Of a stretch of DNA of 64,000 nt, positions 45,301-55,135 are shown in pieces. How positions within the stretch are numbered: the stretch's first letter is position 1; every line of letters begins with the position of its first letter. The notes below the pieces were generated by a model that searched no databases, was not told the DNA's origin, and worked only from the letters and a program-made list of their open reading frames with translations. The translations under genes were made by a program, and so were the position numbers. This DNA comes from Elsinoe ampelina (taxonomy: Eukaryota), in the NCBI GenBank assembly GCA_010093995.1, contig ML992514.1:62001-126000 (forward strand), read 5' to 3'.

Positions 45301-47621
45301 AGTAGATTCTAACTAAGGAACTAAATAATTATAGTTTATTATTATAGTTATAGGCTTAATAGACTCTATTACCTCTACTAGATAATTATAGTCTACTATT
45401 ACAGTTATAGACCCTAGAGCTAAACCTAGCTTAGATCTAGGAGGCTATATTACTAGAGTAGTTCTATAATACTCTAGCCTCTCTACCCTTAATAGCTATA
45501 TAGCCTTTACCTCTATCTAAAGCTAAAACTATAAGGAGTAAGNNNNNNNNNNNNNNNNNNNNNNNNNNNNNNNNNNNNNNNNNNNNNNNNNNNNNNNNNN
45601 NNNNNNNNNNNNNNNNNNNNNNNNNNNNNNNNNNNNNNNNNNNNNNNNNNNNNNNNNNNNNNNNNNNNNNNNNNNNNNNNNNNNNNNNNNNNNNNNNNNN
45701 NNNNNNNNNNNNNNNNNNNNNNNNNNNNNNNNNNNNNNNNNNNNNNNNNNNNNNNNNNNNNNNNNNNNNNNNNNNNNNNNNNNNNNNNNNNNNNNNNNNN
45801 NNNNNNNNNNNNNNNNNNNNNNNNNNNNNNNNNNNNNNNNNNNNNNNTAGACTATTATACTTATATCTTAAGCTATAGGGAAGCTAGTGCTACTAACCTA
45901 GGTCTTTATATATAAGACTAATAACAAAGGAGAAGTTATTAAACACAAGATAAGGCTTTATATAAGAGGTAATCTTTAATCTATAGATTTAGAAACTTAT
46001 ATAGCTATATTAGCTGCTAAGATTTTTAGAATGCTTATAGCTCTCCTTGCTTATAAGGATATAGCGGCTATCTAGATAGATGTTATTAATGCTTATATTA
46101 ATAGTCCTATTAATAAGATAACCTACTATACTATCCTACCTAGATTTAAGCTTATACTAGAGGTGCTTATAAAGGACTATCCTAGTATAGTATTATCTAA
46201 TGTAATCCTCCTGCTAAAGAAGGCACTCTATAGCCTTAAACAAGTACTAGCTCTCTAGGATGTAGAATTTACTACTATACTAAAGACTCTTAGATTTACT
46301 TAGGCCCCTAAGGCTCTATGCCTCTAGCTAACCCCTAAGGTGATAATCTTCTTCTTTGTAGATAATATCACTATTATATACCTTAAGAAGCACAAGGGTA
46401 AGGCTAATACTATTATTGTAGCCCTATATGCTAAGTATAAGATAAAGATACTTAGAGATCTAAGCTAGTTCCTAGCTATCTAGATTATAAGGGATAGGCT
46501 AACTAAGAAGCTATAGCTTAGTTAAGCTTAGTATATCTAGCAGATGTATAGCAAGTTCATTATAGAACTAATAAGGCTAGTCTTATTACTACTGCTAGTT
46601 AAAATGCTCTAGCCCTCTAAAGGCTAAGTATTACTATAGGAGATCTACCTATACTAGTAGAAGGTAGGATCTATTAACTTTGCAGCAGTTATTACTAGGC
46701 CTAATGTTGCCTTTGCTACTTCTAGATTGTTAGAGTATCTAACAAATCCTTTATTAATACACTAAAGGCTAGCGAATAGAGTAATCTAGTATCTCTATAA
46801 GACTAGAGATCTAGCTCTTACCTTTAATAGCTTAATACCACCACTAATCTTCTAAGCCTTATTAGATGCTAGCTTTAGAAGTTACCCTTTAAGGAAGAGC
46901 CTTTAGAGGTATCTATTTAAGCTGTTCTAAGGCTCTATAGATTAGAAGGCTATAAAGTAGCTAACTATTACTACTTCTAGCATAGAGGCTAAACTACTTG
47001 CTCTTATAGAGACCACTAAGCAAGCTATATAGTAGAGGAGGCTAATAGCCTCTATCTATCCCCTAGAGCATGTTAGTATTTAGTGTAATAACTAGTAAAC
47101 TATTAGCCTTGTTACTAGTCTAATTAAGAAGCTTAACACACGCCTTCGCTATGTTAATATTTATTATTACTAGCTAAGACAAGAGATTAATCTATCTAGC
47201 CCTATCTTAGTGACATAGACTCCCTTAGTAGACACCTTAGCTAATGGACTAATAAAGTTACTATCTCCTAGTAGATATAAGGCCTTCTTATAATAGCTAT
47301 CCCTCGAGTTAGTAGTCTACTAACTAGCTATAATAGACTTATAGCTATTTAGTAAAGGGGTGTGTTAACCTCGGCAAGAGCTGTGGTGCCAAGAAGGACC
47401 CTAATTTAGTGCATCTAAGGTTGAACTAAGCACTTATCAACGGTTATACTAATTTATAATCAATTTAGACAGTTATTGTCTTATTCTGTTGAAGCTTAGG
47501 AGTTCTGTCAATTTAGTTATCTCTTAGGTTATCAGGTTGAGTATTTATATAGTGAGAATCCACCTAATTTTGGTGGATCAGGCAGTAATAAATCTTCTCT
47601 TTCCCCACACACAAGTCAACA
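42329..47621 (+). mobile_element. Ty1/Copia LTR retrotransposon C (same family as B), RIP-inactivated
   Basis: TSD GAGAG (42324-42328, 47622-47626). 259-bp TG..CA LTRs at 42329-42587 and 47363-47621. PBS-like GTTATAAGCCCGG (42588-42600) and PPT at 47351-47362. Protease WILDSGATDHIC (about 43788-43823) and RT FFFVDDI (about 46349-46369). Collinear with the reverse complement of 9062-14386. Confidence 0.95.
45543..45847. other. Assembly gap (305 N) inside element C
   Basis: Run of N; its flanks align to element B on either side of 10835-11182. Confidence 1.
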
Positions 47622-48204
47622 GAGAGCTCTTCGGAGATGACACGGGAATGACCGCAGACATGGCGTGCATGACATTGGCGGATCTCCGACTCGCCATCTG
47701 CACTCTCCAACTGGCATGGCAACACATTGATCACGCCAACGGAACAATATATCGATAATGAGTGGTAAGACAATCCTGCGACAGGATGTCAAGAGGATCT
47801 ACAAGGGTCAGCGCAAATCTCGACCCCTCGTCGGTATGGCTACTCACTGTCCTCAGAACTACTATATCTCGGAAGGGACTACCCAAGAGGATTTGACTAC
47901 TTCCGACCTCGCCTTCACAAAGCATTTGCCAGCCAAGCCAGCATCACAGACGAAGAGCAGATTCGCAAGGGCATTGAACGGGCCGAATTTGTGAAGAAAG
48001 GTTCGTAATCGGGTATCTTCAAGGATCAAGTATCGGAACTAAACCATTCCAGAAATTGAGGCAATGTACGCCTTCCCAACGCCTTCGCTGCCGTGATAAT
48101 CAGACAAAAAAAACTAATCCCTGTCGCCAGGTACTATCTGAAGAAATACCGCAAGCTGCGGCAGACGTATAATCCAGAAGCGTGAGCTCAGTACTGAGAT
48201 TCGG

Positions 48205-49740
48205 TCATGTCTTCATCCTCTTTCTCGCCCACCAGGCACCCATTTCGAGGCACTCTCCGCTCTTCACGCCGTCGCCTTCCACGAGATCGGCCATCATGTT
48301 AGCCCACCAGGTGGCCCACTCCTCGACGTTCTTGCCGCTGAATTCCTGCAACACCGGCTCCAGACTCTCGATTTTCTGCATCACGGTCATCAGAGCAGTG
48401 TGTCTGATCGCAGCTTGCTCGGGCGTTAGGAGTCCTCCGCTTGTCTTCGATTTGGTTTTTCCACTCGTCTTGCCGCTTGATCCAGACCGGCTGGCTTTGC
48501 GACCACTGGAGGTAGACACAGACCCGCTGCGCTCCTTCTCCCATGGTAGTTCAGTCAGTGGAATAGCCACACGTCTTGATCCGACGTCACAAAGCAGATC
48601 CGGCTCCTGGAACAACGTTTCGGCTACCCTTGCACAGGGCAGCGACGGTAGCTTGCGCTTGTCGCAAGCCATCTCTATCCACGAGTTGCTGTCCTGGATG
48701 AATTTGTTCTGGGCAGACACAAAGGGCATGCCAGGTGTGATCAGGAATGTCCTGGTAGCATCTGCAGTAGCTTCGTCCTGCGCATCAGTTCCAGCTGGCG
48801 CAGTGCGATTGTGCGGCGACAAGCATCGCAAGACGTGGTCCGACTCCCAGACTTCGAGGTGTCCTCCAGGCTGAAGAATCCGGATACATTCTTCCAAGAA
48901 GCGCTGCGAATTGGTGAAGGGTATAGCGAGTGAGAGGTCCTTGACCATGATATAGTCGAACGATTCCGCGGGAAATGGCCAAGGATAGTTGCGCCCATTA
49001 TGGAGAACAAAAGTCCAATCAATCCCCTGCTCACGCAAATCCGGCGCAAGAGGCGCCATGTCAAAACCCGTGAACGAGATTTTTTCTTGTCCATGCGCCT
49101 TGAAATAATCGTGCGTCGTCGACGTCCAAAACGCACTCCCACATCCAATCTCCAGCACCCTCTTCGGCGGCCTCTCCATGACCGGCGCACAAACCGGCTT
49201 CCCAAAAACCGTCGTCCCTAACATAGTCCGCATACTTTGCCTATGGATCTCCGACAGGTCGCAAGGCAACAAATACGGCACATCACGTAGGTACCGCTTC
49301 CCATGCCTCATCTCGTACGGCGAAGCAGGCACCTCGATGATATCCTTCGCCATCTCGCGCTCCTTGGCCTCCAAACCCAGCTGCCCTGCCTGCGCAAACG
49401 CGCGCATGGCATGCATGTCCACGGGTGGGGGAATGAACAAATCCATCCCGCTAGTAACCGAATCACCTCTGAACAACTGCTTTGACAAACCGGGACTATC
49501 AGCAGTGTTCGAATGCGAAGAAACAGTAGGTGTCAGTGCCGCGCCGCCGGTCCATTCACTCGTGGCGGGCCAAAGATCAGTGTGTTGATGGTGCGAGGAT
49601 TGTTGTGGCAATGATTGCGCTGCGGTTTCTGCGGCGGCTGCGGCCTCGCGACGTCGTCTGCGTGCGGCCGCGAGTTCTTGCTCGTGTGCGCCGGTGAGCA
49701 AGTATGCGAAACCGGCTTCCATGGTGGTAAATGTTGTCAT
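48205..49740 (-). CDS. SAM-dependent methyltransferase domain protein
   Basis: YLLPCDLSEIHRQ, VLEIGCGSAFW (motif I), FTGFDMAP, WPFPAESFDYIMVKD and RILQPGGHLEVWE. Start uncertain. Confidence 0.85.
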   Translation of the reverse strand: MTTFTTMEAGFAYLLTGAHEQELAAARRRRREAAAAAETAAQSLPQQSSHHQHTDLWPATSEWTGGAALTPTVSSHSNTADSPGLSKQLFRGDSVTSGMDLFIPPPVDMHAMRAFAQAGQLGLEAKEREMAKDIIEVPASPYEMRHGKRYLRDVPYLLPCDLSEIHRQSMRTMLGTTVFGKPVCAPVMERPPKRVLEIGCGSAFWTSTTHDYFKAHGQEKISFTGFDMAPLAPDLREQGIDWTFVLHNGRNYPWPFPAESFDYIMVKDLSLAIPFTNSQRFLEECIRILQPGGHLEVWESDHVLRCLSPHNRTAPAGTDAQDEATADATRTFLITPGMPFVSAQNKFIQDSNSWIEMACDKRKLPSLPCARVAETLFQEPDLLCDVGSRRVAIPLTELPWEKERSGSVSTSSGRKASRSGSSGKTSGKTKSKTSGGLLTPEQAAIRHTALMTVMQKIESLEPVLQEFSGKNVEEWATWWANMMADLVEGDGVKSGECLEMGAWWARKRMKT

Positions 49741-51492
49741 GTTGGAAGAGGGCCCTAGAGGGGGGGCCAGGACGTGCCCCAGGTCGTGGCGCTAGCTCGT
49801 TGGGCCGGGAGAGGTCCCGCTGGCCGAGGGGATTTTCTGGAACGGGGACTCTGCGACTGGCGTGGAGAAGTGCAGGCGGCGGCCCTGGTTGCCGGCTGAA
49901 TGGCGATCCTGGAGGATGAGGGGAATTGGATTGTTTGGCACTGGGTAATGCGGTTATATAAAGACGAGAGATGTCTGTGTGGATATGCGACGGGTAGGGT
50001 GATAAGACAAGTCGCCTTGTTGAACGTTGATTGTCGTCCTGCCGTTCCGCAGCGTCCCAATGCTTGTCATTGATATGCTGTGTCTCGGGCCATGGGCTCT
50101 CAATGTCTCGCAGCCAATGGGCGCTTTTGACCCTGCAGCGTGTGCATCTGGAATCTGCACGGAAAAATAGCCCCACGCGGACGACACGCCTTAACATGGT
50201 CGAGATAAAGTCACATGTAATCATGCCATGAGTCTCGCCATCGCTTGACTGACTCTTGTTGTGTCCGAGCGACGGCAGATTGGCTTTGTCGGTAGTGGCG
50301 GTGCTTGTAGCCTCAATGTGCCGCCTGTGTTGGACATTTCATGCCCCGTATTCTGTGTCTACTTCAGCTATGCACTTCCCACCCTATGCATCTACTGCTT
50401 CATCATGAATGCCAGCGAGCGTACTCCCTCCACTTTCCTTTGGTCAGCTTGTGGTCAGGAAATCTTCTTATGTATGAATCGTGTCGTTGCAGAAACTGCC
50501 AAATCCATCCACTTGTCACCCGTGTATTGGTTCGATGTCTGCTTTTGCTGCATTGCTTTTGTACCATTGGATGGGTAAAAGGTCTTTCGTCTGCTGAGAA
50601 TCATGCTTCTCTGTCCTTACAACACCAACCATCTCCATCTATATATAAATACAGGTGCAACATCTTCAGCCTTGCTTGCAGTGGCTTCCTTGGTCGATCA
50701 CGTACTCAGAGCACGTACTGAAACACAACAAAGTCAGTATGGACCAGGACGACTCTCTTTTCCGAAATCTGGATGACTTGTATCAACGGAGAAGACATTT
50801 TGTCACAAATTCAGTGCACCCACATACCAAAAGGTAAGTTGTTGCAATGAATCAGCTTATGCAGGAACGAGGAAAGCGGATAGGGCCGAGATCGTCCTTG
50901 GCGCGGTTTGACCGTGACGCCCTCAGCGCAGTGTGCGAAGACGACTCCTTCTCCAACTGCCCACAATCGATCCCTCACTACTACCTATAGAGGCCGCTTT
51001 CATTTTTCTGTTCATCGTACTAATCAAATCAGTCCTCCTCAGCGTCAACTTTGCCTTCTTCGACGGCGGCTGGATCTGGCATCCCAGCTTGCAAGTCCTT
51101 CAAGCTCAGCTCTGTGTCGCACCACTCTCATCCACACCTGCCCAAATCAACACGGCCGGTCATCTGTCAAGAACAACGCCGCTTGTGCACAATAGTCGTG
51201 AATCGTCACGAGCAGAATCGCCAGGGATTGATTTGGATTGGACACTTGCAACATTGCGGAAACCACACGTGCTGGCGCACTAAGGGGACCCTCGGACAAC
51301 CACCAGCTCTGAGCTGTCAGAAGTATCACGACTTCATGAGATACTGCATCGGCGCCCATGTACAAGAAGAGAAGATCACGCCGCCTCAGTTCTCACCCTA
51401 CCTGATCATTGCGAACGACATCCCTTCATCTCACCCGAACTCGTCACTCACTGACTGCGAAAACCTCTCCACCGATCCTCCACCGCCATTAG

Positions 51493-53772
51493 ATGGCAGA
51501 TGGTGGTTACCGGTTCTCAGGGGCCGGTCAGTATTTCTATCAAGGACAGAATCAGCAAGCACATCGCGGACATCTTCATCAGCGCACCGGATCGCCTACT
51601 AGTAGTGCGCGGCTAGGATTTCATAACAACGACACGCCATCACCCAATCGCTCAACTGGCACAAACTCACCTGCCTTTAGCATGTTCGGTCAAGGCCACC
51701 ACGGTGGTCAACATTCATTGCTCAATGGCAATCAGAATCATAGGGGCTTTCAGGTCCCGATGAACCTGAACAAGTATTCGCAGCAGAGCGGTCAACATCA
51801 GTCCAATCATCATCAAAACCACGGATCGGACCAAATCTTTCAAAATGGCTACAATCATCAGCACAACATGTCATCCGGTACTCTCTCAAGCACGACTCCT
51901 CATTTCACTCCCAGTCACCTCCATAGCAGTACCCCAGTCGGTGGACAATCAAGAGTGCCAGACACTGAACACTGGAAAGAGCAGGTTACAGTGGCCAATG
52001 CAACAAGAGAAATGCAACAAGCGCACATCTACGCTAGAAGTTCGGGGGGTCAAAATAAGCAATCGATTCCTCCGGCACTTCAGGCTGCGCTCCGGAACGA
52101 CGATGAAGACAAGAGAGCACTGACTTCACCATACGGGAAACAGCCATGGCGGACTTTGGATTTTAGCGGGCAAGGTGTACGAACGATCTCCTCCTCTCTC
52201 TTCAACTACCCTTTCCTAGAGAGGCTCTTCTTCAACCACAATAAATTGCGATTCATCAATCCCGACATTGGCCAGCTTCGAAACCTTACCTTCCTCGATC
52301 TTTCCCAGAATGAGCTCACCCATCTCCCTCCCCAGATGGGCATGCTTGTCAATCTCAAGGGCCTCTACCTTTTCGACAACCACTTACATACGCTTCCTTA
52401 TGAGATGGGTTATCTGTACAATCTGGAGTTTCTGGGTATAGAGGGTAATCCATTGAATGATGAGATACGAAACACAATGGCAGAAGGCGGAACGCAAGAG
52501 TTGATTCGGTCATTGCGAGAGTCTATACCAGGTCAGTCGTGCTCGGATGGTGGACAGACAGTTGCTAACGTGATGACAGAGATGGATCCGCCTGATGAGC
52601 GGGATTGGATAATTCTGGATGAAACCCCCGTCAACACAGCCGAAGAAGATCGCTTCACTGTCTTCGACGCCAACATTCTGTGCCCGAAGTATGTTACCGC
52701 GACTCAATACCCGTATGTACCAAGTCGAGCGCTCGCCTGGGACCGTCGTAGAGAGATGGTCATGAACGAAATTCGGCACCGAGACGCAGACATTGTTTGT
52801 CTTCAAGAGATCGATTCGGAGAGCTTTAATGAAGCATTCCGCCCAACACTGGCTCGGAACGACTACAAGGGCATCTTCTGGCAAAAGTCAAGAGCGCAAA
52901 CAATGGCGGAAAGGGAAGCCAAACTTGTCGACGGTTGTGCAACGTTCTGGAAGAACAGCAAGTATATCATGCTTGACAAACAGATGGTGGACTTCAGAAA
53001 GATGGCTATCAACCGTGCCGATATGAAGGGTGAGCACGACATCTTCAACCGTGTCATGACCCGCGACGACATCGCGACCGTCACATTCTTGGAGAATCGT
53101 CTGACTGGCTCTCGGGTAATTGTGGTCAACACCCACGTCTTCTGGAATCCCGAATTTGCCGATGTCAAGGTCGTCCAAATTGCAATCCTCATGGAACAAG
53201 TTGCACGTCTGGCCGAGACATACGCCAAGTGGAAACCATGCACGGACAAGGAGGTCTTCAAATTCGCCAACGGAGATTCTGACGAGCCGGAGGTGGAGGT
53301 CAAAGAGCCTGCGCCATCACAAACATACGCCCATTCGACTGACATCCCAATGCTCATGTGCGGGGATTTTAACTCGACGCCTGGCTCTGGACCTTACGAC
53401 CTTATAGCACACGGTTCGTTGTCCAACTCTCACGAAGACCTCGCAGGCCGCAGCTACGGTACCTTCACGCGGGACGGCATGCGGCACCCCTTCAGCATGA
53501 AGTCAGCCTACTCGAATGTGGGTGAGATGGAGTTCACGAACTACACGGCGCAATGGCAGGGTGTGGTAGATTACATCTGGTATTCGACGAACGCGCTACA
53601 GAACACTGGTCTACTTGGTGAGATCGACCGAGAGTATCTCAAGCGAGTGCCCGGGTTTCCTTCGTGGCATTTCCCCTCTGATCATTTACCGCTTTTCGCA
53701 GAATTTGTGGTCAAGGGTAAGAAGGAGAAGAAGGTCGTCGAGGCGGACTTTGGGCCTTCAACGAAGCGTTAG
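51493..53772 (+). CDS. CCR4: CCR4 deadenylase (LRR plus EEP nuclease); probable intron 52532-52579
   Basis: H/Q-rich N-terminus, LRRs (LDFSGQG..LGIEGNPL), DIVCLQE, DGCATFWK, CGDFNS, DYIWYS and FPSDH. Confidence 0.95.
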   Translation: MADGGYRFSGAGQYFYQGQNQQAHRGHLHQRTGSPTSSARLGFHNNDTPSPNRSTGTNSPAFSMFGQGHHGGQHSLLNGNQNHRGFQVPMNLNKYSQQSGQHQSNHHQNHGSDQIFQNGYNHQHNMSSGTLSSTTPHFTPSHLHSSTPVGGQSRVPDTEHWKEQVTVANATREMQQAHIYARSSGGQNKQSIPPALQAALRNDDEDKRALTSPYGKQPWRTLDFSGQGVRTISSSLFNYPFLERLFFNHNKLRFINPDIGQLRNLTFLDLSQNELTHLPPQMGMLVNLKGLYLFDNHLHTLPYEMGYLYNLEFLGIEGNPLNDEIRNTMAEGGTQELIRSLRESIPGQSCSDGGQTVANVMTEMDPPDERDWIILDETPVNTAEEDRFTVFDANILCPKYVTATQYPYVPSRALAWDRRREMVMNEIRHRDADIVCLQEIDSESFNEAFRPTLARNDYKGIFWQKSRAQTMAEREAKLVDGCATFWKNSKYIMLDKQMVDFRKMAINRADMKGEHDIFNRVMTRDDIATVTFLENRLTGSRVIVVNTHVFWNPEFADVKVVQIAILMEQVARLAETYAKWKPCTDKEVFKFANGDSDEPEVEVKEPAPSQTYAHSTDIPMLMCGDFNSTPGSGPYDLIAHGSLSNSHEDLAGRSYGTFTRDGMRHPFSMKSAYSNVGEMEFTNYTAQWQGVVDYIWYSTNALQNTGLLGEIDREYLKRVPGFPSWHFPSDHLPLFAEFVVKGKKEKKVVEADFGPSTKR

Positions 53773-54151
53773 GAACTTCCCTGGCGTCGAGTGGTTGAGC
53801 CCGGCGGAACAGACGGTAGAAGTCACGTCCACGACTGAAGCTGTCCGACTGCTAGAGAGAGCACTGGTGACTCGCTGGCGGAGCATTCGGGCGGAGGTAT
53901 TGTCGTGGGATCGGTCAAAAGCCAGAAGCTTTGACTAGTTACAAGATGATGGACAGTGGAGGCTCCGCTCAGCGAGCATCAAGTCTTGTTATTTTGACGC
54001 CGTTTATGGGGAGTTGTTGTTTCTGCGGCTTATTTCCTGGTGTGTCACGCATGATGATGGTGTCTGCTTTGGATCCATAGCATTGGCGGGTAATGTGAAT
54101 TGCCAGCCCAAATGTGCAAATTAGTGTGTACTGTTCATCCCTCTCCGCATC

Positions 54152-54601
54152 CTATCCAGTATCGCCGGTGTTCGCTTTGTCGTCCTGCTTCCACAAAGTG
54201 ATGGCCTGGTCAGGGGCATCCTTATCATTGGATTCGTGGGTCTTTCGACACACCCATACTTGTCCATCGAACTCTACACGATCATTCTTCGTGTACTTGA
54301 CATGCTCGTCAGTCCAAAGAGTGGGATTCAACCTCGCCTTCTGCCTCTCTTTGACCTTTTTGGGTTTCTTGGCCGTCACATCGGCGTGTCTGTTCTTCCA
54401 CATCCCACCATAGCGGTAGAATTTGTTCGAGCCGTCTCCATCCTCCACCCCACCACTCACGTCTTGCCAGCACTTTCCAGGGCAGATCAGGTGCCACTTG
54501 GCAGTATCGTCCACCTGACATCTGATCAGAACGTCTCGAGGTACGCCGCATAGCGTACATTGCTTGCGGTGCGCCACAGGATCTCCACTGCTGAGCACCA
54601 T
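54152..54601 (-). CDS. Small uncharacterised protein: Cys-rich N-terminal domain plus a CBM5/12-like C-terminal module
   Basis: CxxC..C..CPGKCW..YRYGGMWKN, followed by W....YTKNDRVEFDGQVWVCRKTHES..P....LW. An extra 5' exon cannot be excluded. Confidence 0.7.
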   Translation of the reverse strand: MVLSSGDPVAHRKQCTLCGVPRDVLIRCQVDDTAKWHLICPGKCWQDVSGGVEDGDGSNKFYRYGGMWKNRHADVTAKKPKKVKERQKARLNPTLWTDEHVKYTKNDRVEFDGQVWVCRKTHESNDKDAPDQAITLWKQDDKANTGDTG

Positions 54602-55135
54602 AATCCCTGTCTGCTCGGTGTTTGAAGAGGACCGAGTGGCGGAGGCTGAGGTTGAAGCAACCTGTCAAAGTTTGACTGGTTGATGCCTTGGGGGGCGGGA
54701 CAAGGGTTGCTGGGCCGCAGGATGATGTTGCGAGGCGTCGATCACATGTCAGCCAAGCTGGAGGGCGGATATTGAGGGACGAGGGGATGTCATACAGCGG
54801 CCACACAGCTTCAGCGGCGGTCCGAATGACAATAGCTTGGGGAGCGAACAGCTTCGAGCATTGCGACTGAGACAAGTCAACATCATGAGGCGTGACTTGA
54901 TGCACGATACACAAAGCATATGAGGATGCATTGTGCAGCGCGGTTCAGATCGACCGGGTGATGACGTAGCCGAGCTCAGCCGTGTTCCGAAGGCCCAAAG
55001 AGAATGTGCAAATGCGACTCTGCGATTCTGCGACTTACGCGGCGATTGAAAGGCATTTGCGCTCGAGGAATGAAGCCATACCACTACTATTGCTTGCTAT
55101 TCTTCCTTCCTTTGACCTAACATCGCGTCCTTCCA

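Noticed and set aside
45240..45305. 12-bp and 17-bp repeat arrays as CRISPR-like
   Set aside because: Direct tandem units with no spacers, in a eukaryotic context with no cas genes.
49750..51490. Possible gene or ncRNA between the methyltransferase and CCR4
   Set aside because: The ORFs lack motifs and I recognised no tRNA, snRNA or snoRNA signature. An Rfam scan would be needed to exclude one.
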